Notes under the pieces: generated by a model | Seen by the model: only the letters and a program-made list of their open reading frames with translations | What the model was told of the DNA's origin: nothing | The model's database searches: none | Program-made: the position numbers and the translations under genes | Assembly (NCBI RefSeq): GCF_036588685.1 | Contig: NC_086386.1 | Span: 9,672,001 to 9,736,000 of the forward strand | DNA: 64,000 nucleotides | Direction: 5' to 3' | Source of the DNA: Mytilus trossulus | Lineage: Eukaryota | In this document: positions 53,268-64,000 of the stretch, piece by piece | Numbering within the stretch: the stretch's first letter is position 1 | Layout of the letters: each line of letters starts with the position of its first letter

Positions 53268-56024
53268 GTGAAGACACCGTGTGAGATAAAACTATCAAAT
53301 CAAAGAGATGGAAAACTAAATCAGTTAAGGATCAACTGGAATAAGATAGACAAAAAAGGATATGAAGAAGAAGATGAATCTAGATTAGCACTCATAGATG
53401 ACAATGAACTCATACTGACATGTGACAATATATCAGATAATATCAATTCCATTTGTAAGATACTGTCAGAATCAGCAGTAAAGAATAGTAGTGTTCCTAT
53501 AAATAGAAGGAAAAGAACAGGAAAACCAAGCAAAAAACCATGGGCGCCAGAAATTGCTAGTGCGGCGGCTAAGTCAAGCAAGATACACCATGCAAAATGG
53601 AAAGCTGCGGGCAAACCAACAAATCCAGAAAACGAGATTTATAAAAACAATAAGAACTCTAAGAAAAAACTAAGATCACTCCAAAGGAGGCTTGAAGCGA
53701 CAAATAGAAACAACAAATACCAGGAACTAATGGAACTGAACGAAAGGAACGACAAAGGGTTTTACAAACTGGTGAGGAAACAACGTGACCCGTCGAACCC
53801 CTCAGGATCATCTTTGATATTTAAAGATAATCTTTTGAATGACCAAATTGAAATTACAGAGGCATTCGCTCAATACTTTGAAGAATTCTCAACACCATGT
53901 GAAAATGTGAACTTTGACAATGATCACTTTACAAATGTAAAGCGAGACATCACAAGTCTCAATGAACTATTTAAACATTCAAAAAACCATAACATACCAG
54001 TAACTACAACGGAAGAGGTAAAGAAAACTGTGCTATCGTTCAAAAATGGAAAATCCCCAGATGAAGAAAACATCACCGCTGAACATGTTAAGTTTGGAGG
54101 ACAAACACTCATTTATATCTTGACAAATATCATCAACTTCATCTTTCAAAATCTTGATATCCCATCTTTACTAAAGAGTGGAATAGCCTGTCCAATATTG
54201 AAAAAGAATAAAGGAAAAAAGAAAACGGATCCAAACTCCTACAGAAAAATTGTCATCACTATGTTCATTGGAAAAATTGTTGAGAAGCTACATCTTCAAA
54301 ACAACCAAGATTCAATAAACAAACAACAAAGTAGACTTCAGAAAGGATTTACCAAAGGACAAATGCCTGCAATTGCTGCCTTAATATTCACAGAGCTTAT
54401 AACAGAGGCAAACAAGTCAAACTCAAGCCTGTATATAGCACTTATGGATGCCAAGAAGGCGTTTGATATCCTTTGGCACTTGGGTCTACTTAGAGAAATG
54501 TATAACTTTGGACTACATGGGGACAACTGGCTATTCTTCAAAAACTGGTACGAGGAAGTTACATCAAAAATAAAATGGAATGGAAACATCTCAAGACCTA
54601 CCCAAGAACAACAAGGAGTGAGACAGGGAGTCGTATGGTCACCCACTGCTTACAAATTTTTTATCAATAAACTGTTAAAGACATTTGAGAAAATACAATT
54701 GGGGGCATATATTGGATGTACCTACTGCGGCATCCCAACTGTGGCCGACGATGTCACCTTCATATCGAAGAGCCCCACTGAGCTCCAAACAATGTTAGAC
54801 GTACAAGCATATTATGCGAACAAACAGAGATATTTACTAAGTGAACAAAAGTCGACGATTCTAGTACTCAACGACAAAGAAAATAGATCATGGTCACTAA
54901 ACAACAAAGACTTATCAACTTCTGAATCAGCTATGCATCTAGGAATTGAAAGGGACTCTACATCGAAATCAGGCTCAAAAGAGGTGATATGCAAGCGAGT
55001 GATTACAGCTAGAAAGACCACTTACTCTCTAATGGGTGCAGGGCTCCACGGGCTAAACGGTGTAAATCCACATGTTTCAGCACACCTTATTCAGATTTAT
55101 GTGATACCCAGATTGCTGTATGGCTTAGATGTAATAAACATTTCAAGAAATGACATGGAGAAACTAGAGGTGTACCATAGGAAACTCGTGAAACAAATTC
55201 AACACCTTCCAATAAGATCAGCCAACTCAGCATCTCTCTTTCTACTAGGACGAATTCCTATCATAGGTGAAATTCACAAGAAAATCCTTAAAACATTCGG
55301 GAATATCATCAGGAACGACGAATCAGTGGAAAAAGATATTGCGATCCGTCAGCTTGCCATGAAATCAATCTGGTTTCTAAAAGTAGCCGAAATTGCGGAT
55401 CAATATAACTTACCTTCTCCGCATGATCTCATTGACAACCCACCAATAAAAGAAACTTGGAACAAGCTGGTCAATCAAACAATTAGCAGTCATTTCATTT
55501 TAACTCTACAACAAGAAGCAGAGAATAAATCTACTTTAAAATATTTGAACTTAAGTGTTACAGTACCAGAAAAACCACACAACATCTGGACAAGCTGTGG
55601 TAATGAACCGTTTGCAATAATTATGGCACACTTAAAAGCCAAAATTGCAGTGGGAACAATCGTACTGCAAAGTTCAAAAGCAAAACATTCAAAGTCAGAA
55701 GTGTCACCAATTTGTCAGTTATGTCATATTGAGACGGAGGATATGATTCACTTTTTGATTAAATGCACAGTGCTGAAAACAACTAGATCACCATTTTTGC
55801 AGGAGTTAAAAACCTTTGTCAAAACATGCTTGAGAGGAGAGAATGATGAGACATTATTCCATGAATTGTTCAATAACAACGAGTATTTAGCTAGATTGAT
55901 CATTGACTGTTCGTTTTTCCACTTTCTCAAAAATACAGAGAAAACTCGGATAGAAACAATCTCAAGAGGCTTATGCTACAAACTATACCAAAAGCGAGCA
56001 ACTATATTGGCCGAAAATTCGTAA
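53268..56024 (+). CDS. LINE ORF2 reverse transcriptase (N-terminally truncated, likely non-functional copy)
   Basis: RT motifs KSPDEENITAEH, NSYRKI, QKGF, DAKKAFD, QGVRQG..WSP, VADD, HLGI; C-terminal CQLC-x7-H-x4-C. Confidence 0.9.
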   Translation: MKTPCEIKLSNQRDGKLNQLRINWNKIDKKGYEEEDESRLALIDDNELILTCDNISDNINSICKILSESAVKNSSVPINRRKRTGKPSKKPWAPEIASAAAKSSKIHHAKWKAAGKPTNPENEIYKNNKNSKKKLRSLQRRLEATNRNNKYQELMELNERNDKGFYKLVRKQRDPSNPSGSSLIFKDNLLNDQIEITEAFAQYFEEFSTPCENVNFDNDHFTNVKRDITSLNELFKHSKNHNIPVTTTEEVKKTVLSFKNGKSPDEENITAEHVKFGGQTLIYILTNIINFIFQNLDIPSLLKSGIACPILKKNKGKKKTDPNSYRKIVITMFIGKIVEKLHLQNNQDSINKQQSRLQKGFTKGQMPAIAALIFTELITEANKSNSSLYIALMDAKKAFDILWHLGLLREMYNFGLHGDNWLFFKNWYEEVTSKIKWNGNISRPTQEQQGVRQGVVWSPTAYKFFINKLLKTFEKIQLGAYIGCTYCGIPTVADDVTFISKSPTELQTMLDVQAYYANKQRYLLSEQKSTILVLNDKENRSWSLNNKDLSTSESAMHLGIERDSTSKSGSKEVICKRVITARKTTYSLMGAGLHGLNGVNPHVSAHLIQIYVIPRLLYGLDVINISRNDMEKLEVYHRKLVKQIQHLPIRSANSASLFLLGRIPIIGEIHKKILKTFGNIIRNDESVEKDIAIRQLAMKSIWFLKVAEIADQYNLPSPHDLIDNPPIKETWNKLVNQTISSHFILTLQQEAENKSTLKYLNLSVTVPEKPHNIWTSCGNEPFAIIMAHLKAKIAVGTIVLQSSKAKHSKSEVSPICQLCHIETEDMIHFLIKCTVLKTTRSPFLQELKTFVKTCLRGENDETLFHELFNNNEYLARLIIDCSFFHFLKNTEKTRIETISRGLCYKLYQKRATILAENS

Positions 56025-56250
56025 TTACCACAGATTATGGGCAGGAGCTATTGTGAATGACTTAAAAGATGTAACAGTAGTGACAGATATTCCTTGAATC
56101 AATGTAAATAACAAGCGATTATAGGGATCCTTCTTAACCTAATGACTTAATGTAAATACCGTGTGATAAGATTTACATGATTTGTGTGTATATATATAAC
56201 TATTCCGTAATATGTGAGTGTTTTATTATGATGTCTTTAGTCTTTAGTAA

Positions 56251-56599
56251 GTGTCCCCAAGGATTTGTATAGTTATAACTATACAAATCCTTGGGGACAC
56301 TTACTAAAGACTAAAGACGTCCAAGGATTTGTATAGTTATAACTATACAAATCCTTGGGGACACTTACTAAAGACTAAAGACGTTTTATTATGATGTCTT
56401 TAGTCTTTAGTAAGTGTCCCCAAGGATTTGTATAGTTATAACTATACAAATCCTTGGGGACACTTACTAAGGACTAAAGACATCATAATAAAACACTCAC
56501 ATATTACGGAATAGTTATATATATACACACAAATGTAAATCTTATCACACGGTATCATTAGGTTAAGAAGGATCTAACTATACAAATCCTTGGTGTCCC
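56251..56599. mobile_element. 335-bp templated fold-back insertion with P-like termini and 7-bp TSD in the LINE 3' region
   Basis: GTGTCCC|CAAGGATTTGTATAGT ... ACTATACAAATCCTTG|GTGTCCC. It contains three 36-bp palindromes (56258, 56322, 56421) plus inverted and direct copies of the left flank. Confidence 0.75.
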
Positions 56600-56899
56600 A
56601 AAATGACACTGTAAACACTTGTGTACGTTTCCTCTTTTGTAGTTTCTTCACATATGTAATGATCACTCATGTAGTAATTGAAATGGTGGCTGCTGCTTAA
56701 AAAAATTTGACTTAATTTTGATTTAGAATTATAGTGTTTTTACTGTATAGTGTTTTTGAATCTACCAGATTGGGATTTTAAAAGTCTACGCCGTTTCACA
56801 AGGACGGTGGTTCTCCTACAAAAGGAGGGAGATACAAAAGAAGAAGAACAAGTGGTAATGTTCACATATGAAGTGGTAATAATTGTTGATTGACATTCT

Positions 56900-57160
56900 C
56901 CGGGTCTCCAATTGAGCGAGTTACAGATGTAAATTATATTCGATTACAGAAATGATGAATGGGAAGTTTTACACTCCTTACCTAGGAGTCTAGTCCCGTA
57001 TTTGGAAGAAGAAGAATGACGGAAACTCATATCTAGTCCGTCTCCTGTTTTAGTATTACAATTTCATTGACCAATCAGAGCTTGTGCGCCATCTCTCAAA
57101 TCACCCAAAACAAGAAAACAAAAACAATGTTGCCTTGTTGAAAAAGACAACTGAAGAATA
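56900..57160 (+). promoter_or_regulatory. Putative CKAP2-like promoter with NF-Y CCAAT box
   Basis: TTGACCAATCAGAG at about 57067-57080 and an ETS-like CGGAAA near 57019, immediately upstream of the ATG at 57161. CCAAT boxes are typical of G2/M genes. Confidence 0.45.
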
Positions 57161-60100
57161 ATGTCTGCAGTATCGAGTAAAAAAGGTATAATAGAGTAAA
57201 ACTTGAAAAATTACTGGTTGCACTCTCTTTAGTTCATTTCCTTATTGATCTTTCAAAAGCACAGGAGCTCTATTGATAGTCGACTTTACAGAATTTTATT
57301 GATAGAACTTCCGATTCCTGTGTCCAAAGTGACTTCAGACTGTGCAGACTATAACTGTGTTTGGCCAAATAATTATAACATCTGGCAATACTATTTTAGT
57401 TTTATCCTGGGACGAAGGCATCCCAGAAAAACATGAAAATAACCCGGTCTTTTATGCCTTTGTCCCAGGAAAAAAAAGTATTAAGATAGCCTTACCAGAT
57501 GTCATAATTATTTGGACTTTTAACTGTATGACTTTGTGCATCCTAATGCATCACATGCACTTGCGTCTATCCATGGGAAGACCCACTATCAACGTGGGTA
57601 GGGGTGTGGGTAAACATACATTTTTTTAAGAGGTAGGTAAAGGGTTATTTTTGTGCAACGTGTTTTGCTATTTTTATTTCATGTGCAGCTGTGAAAAAAG
57701 TGCGTTACTCACCATGTTTCGTGAAATTGGTAAAAAGATCTACGTGCAAGATATTTTTAATCATTTGTTCATCCTGAAATGGGAATTTTATTTCGCTTTC
57801 CGTGCAGATACTCCCCAGTACACACTATACTTATGTATAACAATAAATATATCAAACACAATTTATAATTGTCGATCGCCCACAAGACTAGCCGATCGCC
57901 CACAAGACTAGAAGGACATCGGATTTTATTATAATCTATCATAACAAACATATTATTTATGCAAATAATATCTATATACATATACATGTAAATAAACAAT
58001 GCTTTTAATACCAAATGAAAACATTGACGCCGTCATAAACGAACCCGCCGGCCAGGAAAAACCAACAACCAAGTAACCGTAGTCGATATGGAAACCTGTG
58101 TCCAAACCCTAATGCTCGGGAGATCGTCTCGAGAGTTGTACTTGGACAATACTGAAAGTTAGCTTATGATTACATAAACAAAATACCATCAAAATGTGTA
58201 ACAGCAAACAAAAATACCAATATATAATACAAAAAACAAGAAAAATCAAACATTAATGAACCAACATTAAATCTGAACTTGACCAGTTCGAAGTTGGTGA
58301 GAGAATGGTCTGATAGGGAAATAAACCCGTCAAAATGACCATTCACGTAATACTACAATTAATATCACGTGTCCATACATATATTGAAAGAACCATTAGT
58401 ACAATAATTTTCCTCTAACTTCAAAACGCGGAAAATTATAATTACACACTCTTTTAAATGTGGCCTGAAAGATAAAAAATCAAATATATTTTGCTTTTTA
58501 TCAAGTTTGTCAGTGAAAAAACTACATGTATGTGAATTGAGTTTTTTATCCTACATTGAACTGTTGATGTCGTCCCTTAATCATAAACCTTTTCATTTAC
58601 TGCTTGCAGATGCATATTTACAGAAGTTTCAAAAGTATAAAGATGAGAAAGAAAAACAGAAGAAAGATCAAAGGTATTATCACATTCTCTCATCATTTTG
58701 TTCACATTTTTTTTATTTTAAGAACTTAGAAAAAGAAGACTAACATGACTAACATTTGTAACTGATGTAAAAAAAAAACAACTAAAACGTCAAAAACTTT
58801 TAATGAATTGTACAGGTACCAAGGGAAATATTTTTTTTAAAATACAAATATTGCCAGTATTTTAATAAGTTTTGCAGACTAAATCATGTTTTTATTTTAT
58901 GTATTATGTCTACATAGAAATTGTTGGACTCAATGTCAGTCTTTGATACTTAAATGACCTTGTCTTTCTTGGAGAACGTTAATGGTTAAAAACTCCCTTC
59001 CATTCAAACAAGTTTCCGTTTTGAGATTGAATTTCTTCAAATGTATTTACCCGCATATCAGTTGTTATTGGAATTGCTACCTTTAGAATCAAACTGAACA
59101 ATAAAATGACATTTAGTGTAGTTGGATAAATACATGTATATGCCAGTGTCTCAGGTAATATTTAGTGGTTTTTTTTTTTAGATTAAATTAAGCCTTGGAT
59201 TTTAAATGCATTTCTTTCATGAATATGTACATACATGAATACATGTCTTTCTTTTGTACTCTATTTGTAGGTATTTATATAATGAGGAATTAAATACATT
59301 GATATAGTCATCATGGTCATGTACAATGTACATTTGTGTGTACATATGAAATAAGTGACATATAATTTAAAAATGCCCTTTTAAGTCCAAATTTTAAATG
59401 TATGTTTTACAGTTCTATGAATGTTTTATCTTTTAGATCACAATTTTCAAGTAAAGTAGATACTTTTAAGCCACAAAACCCTAGTCAAAAGTCATGGAGT
59501 TCAAAGAAAAAAAGTTTCACAGGAGTAAAACCAACTGAGCATCAATATACAGTCAGTCATCATTGTAAAGAAAATAAAAAACCTTTTATAGAATTAGTGA
59601 CAAACACACAGACACACAAACCACATGGATCTAAGCCTGTTCAAGAAAAGCAGATTTCTAAGCCTGTCCAAGTAAAACAGATATCAAAATCTTCTCCAGT
59701 AATACAGGTATCTAAGACTGTTCCAGTAAACAGAAAGACTGCAGGCTCAGTGACAGAAGCTAGAAAGGTACAGACCTCAACATTTAATGTAAGGAAATCA
59801 TTGGGACATGTTAAAAAAGTGCCAAAGACTGCAGGAAAACCCAGGAAATCCCTTCCGGACACATGTTCAGGAAACCCCAGGAAATCTCTCCAAGGCACAT
59901 CAAATAATAAATTTCACGTTACTCTTACCAAATCAATAGAAGTTGATAATTCAAAACTAAATCAAAATGGAAACTCACGAAAAAGTTTATCAAGTAATGG
60001 CAATGTGCGAAGAAGTGTATCTAATAATGAGAACTCACGAAAAAGTGTATCAAATAAAGATGTGAATTCACGACAAAGTTTCTCTGTAAAATCAAGACGT

Positions 60101-63100
60101 AGCATTTCTTCAGTAAATGTGAATTCACATCGTAGAACTTCTGGTGTAAATAACAACAAAGTGAAATCAAGTGTTCCTAAAAGTAAATTGATTGTGGGTC
60201 AGAGGTCAAGAAGGCATTCAGATATTCATAAAGAACAGAAAAAAACCAAACCAGCAAGTATTCTGAAGAGAAAGTCATGTTTTGCTAGTATAGATATAGA
60301 AGGAGTCTACACGGTTAGTAAAACTCCTGATCATGGTAGAAGTGTGAGATTTATCAGTCCAGATACACAGGTGGACCACAATATAAGTACTTTTAGAAAG
60401 ACACCAAAGAGACCCGTAGATAATGTGATTAGTGACAGACAACCAACACCTAAACACTCACCCAAGAAACCTCGTCATAATGAAGAACAAGTTGTCATGA
60501 GGTATATTGTTATAGTTTAACATATTTATTTGCATCATTACAAATATATCAGCATACAATAATAATAGCATTCGGAAACAAGCTGGTCATAATTTAACCA
60601 GTCTTTAAATGCAGAAACTGATGTTAACCTAATGCTAATATATTTTCTTTCAAAATTAAAGTTCATGTAAGCAATTATTGGTGATATTAGCATGGTAGCA
60701 TGTTACCGTAAACTAATATAATTGTAAAGGTACATTGTAAATAAAATTGAGAATGGAAATGGGGAATGTGTCATAGAGACAACAACCCAACCAAATAAAA
60801 AAAAAACAACAGCACAAGGTCACCAACAGGTCTTCAATGCAGCGAGAAATTCCCGCACCCGGAGGCGTCCTTCAGCTGGCCTCCAAACAAATATACACTA
60901 GTTCAGTGATAATGAACGCCATACTAATTTCCAAATTGTACACAAGAAACTAAAATTAAAATAATACAAGACTAACAAAGGCCAGAGGCTCCTGACTTGG
61001 GACAGGCGCAAAAATGCGGCGGGGTTAAACATGTTTGTGATATCTCAACCCTCCCCCTATACCTCTAACCAATGTAGAAAAGTAAACGCATAACAATACG
61101 CACATTAAAATTCAGTTCAAGAGAAGTCCGAGTCTGATGTCAGAAGATGTAACCAAAGAAAATAAACAAAATGACAATAATACATAAATAACAACAGACT
61201 ACTAGCAGTTAACTGACATGCCAGCTCCAGACTTCAATTAAATTGACTGAAAGATTATGATTTCATCATATGAACATCAGACACAATCCTTCCCGTACCA
61301 TTATTATCATTTAAAAAAAAATTGTTTGTATTGCTTTTTATATATCTTTTTGCAGATCAGTATGTTTAAAAAATCTATACTACTTTTAAAATTGTATAAT
61401 GTGTGAGTGAGCCTTTCATACATGTCCTTGAGGTACAAAATGTACATGTTAGATTGAGGATGGAAATGGGGAATGGGTCAAAAAGCCAACAACCCGACCA
61501 AAGAGCAAATAACAGTCTGAGGCAACTAATGGGCCTTCCATGCAGTGAGAAACTCCTGCACCTGGAGGAGTCCTTCAGATGGCCCCTAAACAAATATTGT
61601 TACTAGTTCAGTAATAATGGACGTATTTATAAAAATCAAAATTATACACAAGAAACTTAAATTAAAAATCATACAAGACTAACAAAGGCCAGAGGCTCCT
61701 GACTTGGGACAGGCGCAAAAATACAGTGGGGTTAAACATGTTTTTGAGATCTTTTAATGTATCTGGTCTTTCATATAACCCCAGGATCTGTCTGAAAGTT
61801 AAAAAAAGGGCCTCATAATTCATTTCTTACTTCTTGGATTGGTATTAAGCTTGGCAGAATCATTTATAAATGTCACGTGTAGTTTTTATGCATTAGATTA
61901 CTGTGCTTTTTTTATTGTTTTATATCTGCTATGTTCAAAGGGTAAACCGATTTGATTGTTGATATATATATTTTAATTCATGCTTTAGTTAGTTTTAACT
62001 TTTTTCCCTTTTTAAAATTGCAATTCTGTTTTTCAGAAACAAACTTGATGAATGGTTGAAGTCTAAAGGAAAAACCCCTTCCAAGTTCCGACACCTGATG
62101 TGTTTCCATGACGACAACAATAAATCAGATTCTGTTACTGATTCCTGTATAAAAAGGAGTCTAACTGTTGAGGAGCTTACAGAACAGGTATACAGGCTCA
62201 TTCCAAGATTCATTTCTTTCAGTTATGTTTAAACAATTTGAAATTTAATGCTTATGAAAACACATATTTAATAAACATATATAACATTATGAAATATTTT
62301 AGTTACTAGGTCAAATCAAAATCAAATACAGTTTTTTTTTAAACACCCAAAAATCTAATATATAGTAAAAATATTATTGAAAATGTTGAATAATTCCCTC
62401 TATCTTTCTGCACGTATTTAATCCAACTATATCCATGATATCAAAAGTATGATATTTTAATATCAAACCATTTTGTTTTAGAAAGCGACAATTGATCGTG
62501 AAGATAATATAGCAGTTAACTTAGCGGACCAGTTTAGGGATGCTGCATTAGAAGAATTAGATTCCATGTTAGAGGAATGTACAACATTGTTTGAGGCTGT
62601 AAGTTTATTGGAGGGTATTTTCCCTATGTAATCATGGTCATATTGTTTTGAGGATTCCATATGTTTATGTTGGAGGCTTAATGCTTGTCTCAGTAGATGG
62701 GTTAATTTTCTAAAAAAAATAATTACGGAAGTTCCTTCATTTATTTCAAATTTTCAAAGACCTGTTTTGATTACTGGTAATATTCTCTTTCTTTAGATAC
62801 AACATAACATGACAGTCATTGTTTTAAATCTAAGTTATCCTTTTTTAAGATAAAAGAATTTTACACACCTTGTAAAACACATACTTTTTTTTTTATTATT
62901 ATAAGTTTCAAAATAGCAAGGTTAAAACTAAATTTTGGAAGAGTATAAAAAAAGTAGTATTTTCATTTTGATTTAGACATTAAAAATCTACAGTCTATTT
63001 ATAATACTATCAAACATGTCAGAATAGCTCCTTCATCTAAGGGTTAATTTGAATCCCACTTAAATGCTATCTTTTAATCTTTTACTAATTTTTCCAGTTA

Positions 63101-63308
63101 GTTTTTTTTACTTTATAATTATATGTATTTATTATAGGGTTGTCCAAGAGAAGACATCCTAAGTTGGCTGGACTCTATAAAACAGAACGTACAGTTATCA
63201 AAGACGTATGCCAAGTTTTATATCTGTAAAGCCAATGTCTTGAAAGGAAGAGAGAACTTGGAGGAAGTATTGAAAGTGTATGAAGAAGCTGTGGTCAATT
63301 CAGCTCAG
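57161..63308 (+). CDS. CKAP2: Cytoskeleton-associated protein 2 family (CKAP2/CKAP2L-like); 5' six exons, gene continues off the right edge
   Basis: Exons: 57161-57185 (MSAVSSKK), 58610-58673, 59437-60501, 62037-62187, 62482-62598, 63138-63308; phases are consistent and junctions GT-AG. A basic low-complexity middle is followed by RNKLDEWLKSKGKT and LEECTTLFEA|GCPREDIL...AKFYICKA...VYEEAVVNSAQ, matching the CKAP2 C-terminal domain. Exon 1 is the least certain. Confidence 0.85.
57365..57513. repeat. Imperfect fold-back of about 150 bp (MITE-like) in CKAP2 intron 1
   Basis: CCAAATAATTATAACATCTGG..TCCTGGGACGAAGGCAT pairs with ATGCCTTTGTCCCAGGA..CCAGATGTCATAATTATTTGG. Confidence 0.65.
60740..61297 (-). 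repeat. Solo copy of the Penelope-like terminal repeat; diverged copy at about 61452-61751, opposite-orientation copy at 63826-64000
   Basis: Near-identical to 2702-3235 and 3337-3695 (ATAAAATTGAGAATGGAAATGGGGAATG...GAGGCTCCTGACTTGGGACAGGCGCAAAAA...). Further fragments occur at about 12425 and 23307. Confidence 0.85.
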
Positions 63309-64000
63309 GTCAGTACATACTTTGTCTTATTCTATAGATTTTCACTGTACAATAATTACATTAGATGTATGTTTCATTATAATATGTTCTTTTGATTGGC
63401 TACACTGCAATCTTGCATTCTTCCTTAATCAATAGTCCATTTGCCAATTACTGATTTGATTCTATTATTACACACTTTTTAAACGAATAAATTTTCTTTG
63501 AGAATCGTAGACTGGTTCCATACTGGACAAAATTGGCTTTTGTCGATACAAAGCATAGCAAATTGAAAGTGGTGTATCGGCAGTTTAACTAATTTTTCAC
63601 GAAAAACATTTTATTATGACAAAAGTATTTAGCATAACAACAAATTAATGTAATTACAAGAAAAAAATTTAAAACTTTAAAGATTACTCACATTACACAC
63701 AGGTAAATTTGTTCTTTCTGCTAGCTCACCATTGTAAATAAAAATTAATGTCCCTCATAAGGAAGACAACTAAATAGGGATCTCTAATAACAGGGTCAAT
63801 TGATGGGAAATGGCAAATAGCCTATTTTTGCGCCTGTCCAATGTCAGGAGCCTCTGGTCTTTGTTAGTCTTGTATTATTTTAATTTTAGTTTCTTTTGTA
63901 CAATTTGGAAATTAGTATGGCGTTCATTATCACTGAACTAGTATATATTGTTTAGGGGCCAGCTGAAGGACACCTCCGGGTGCGGGAATTTCTCGTTACA

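Larger units (their letters stand above)
53056..56848 (+). mobile_element. 5'-truncated non-LTR retrotransposon (LINE; APE endonuclease end + RT + CCHC zinc knuckle; possibly RTE-X clade)
   Basis: The endonuclease tail FTFYH...SQIDYF is followed, after a frameshift near 53236, by NSSTHNPILV running into the 918-aa ORF. The 3' region ends in a short (GAA)n tail at about 56840-56848. The clade call is tentative. Confidence 0.9.

Noticed and set aside
53321-55930. Several minus-strand ORFs within the LINE
   Set aside because: They are antisense shadows of the long RT ORF.
56258-56592. CRISPR-like look: 36-bp palindromic repeats with spacers
   Set aside because: The context is eukaryotic with no cas genes, and the spacers are copies of adjacent flank of unequal length.
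57083-57100. Possible CDE/CHR cell-cycle element upstream of the CKAP2-like gene
   Set aside because: CTCAAA does not match the TTTGAA consensus well enough to call.
59641-62660. Minus-strand ORFs opposite CKAP2-like exons
   Set aside because: They are antisense shadows of real exons.

Overview
AT-rich, intron-containing animal genomic DNA, not prokaryotic. The repeat families look like those of a bivalve mollusc (Mytilus-like; recognised from memory, not searched). There are three spliced host genes. (1) The 5' four exons of a UCH-L1/UCH-L3 ubiquitin C-terminal hydrolase on the minus strand, including a 12-nt micro-exon; the gene runs off the left edge. (2) Head-to-head with it, a complete 18-exon TBC1D1/TBC1D4 (AS160) Rab-GAP of about 1212 aa on the plus strand, with a candidate alternative first exon. 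(3) The 5' six exons of a CKAP2/CKAP2L-like gene on the plus strand, which runs off the right edge. Introns and intergenic DNA contain a Penelope-like retroelement fragment with tandem terminal repeats, a young 5'-truncated LINE, Helentron-type non-autonomous elements with internal satellites, and many MITEs. The most unusual structure is a 16-bp terminal sequence (CAAGGATTTGTATAGT) found at two unrelated loci. At both it forms an inverted pair flanked by a 7-bp target-site duplication. One locus is a bare 39-bp palindrome; the other is a 335-bp patch built from repeated snap-back copies of its own flank. I interpret these as excision footprints of a P-superfamily transposon repaired by templated synthesis. 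All exon coordinates were read by hand from GT-AG junctions and reading-frame continuity.
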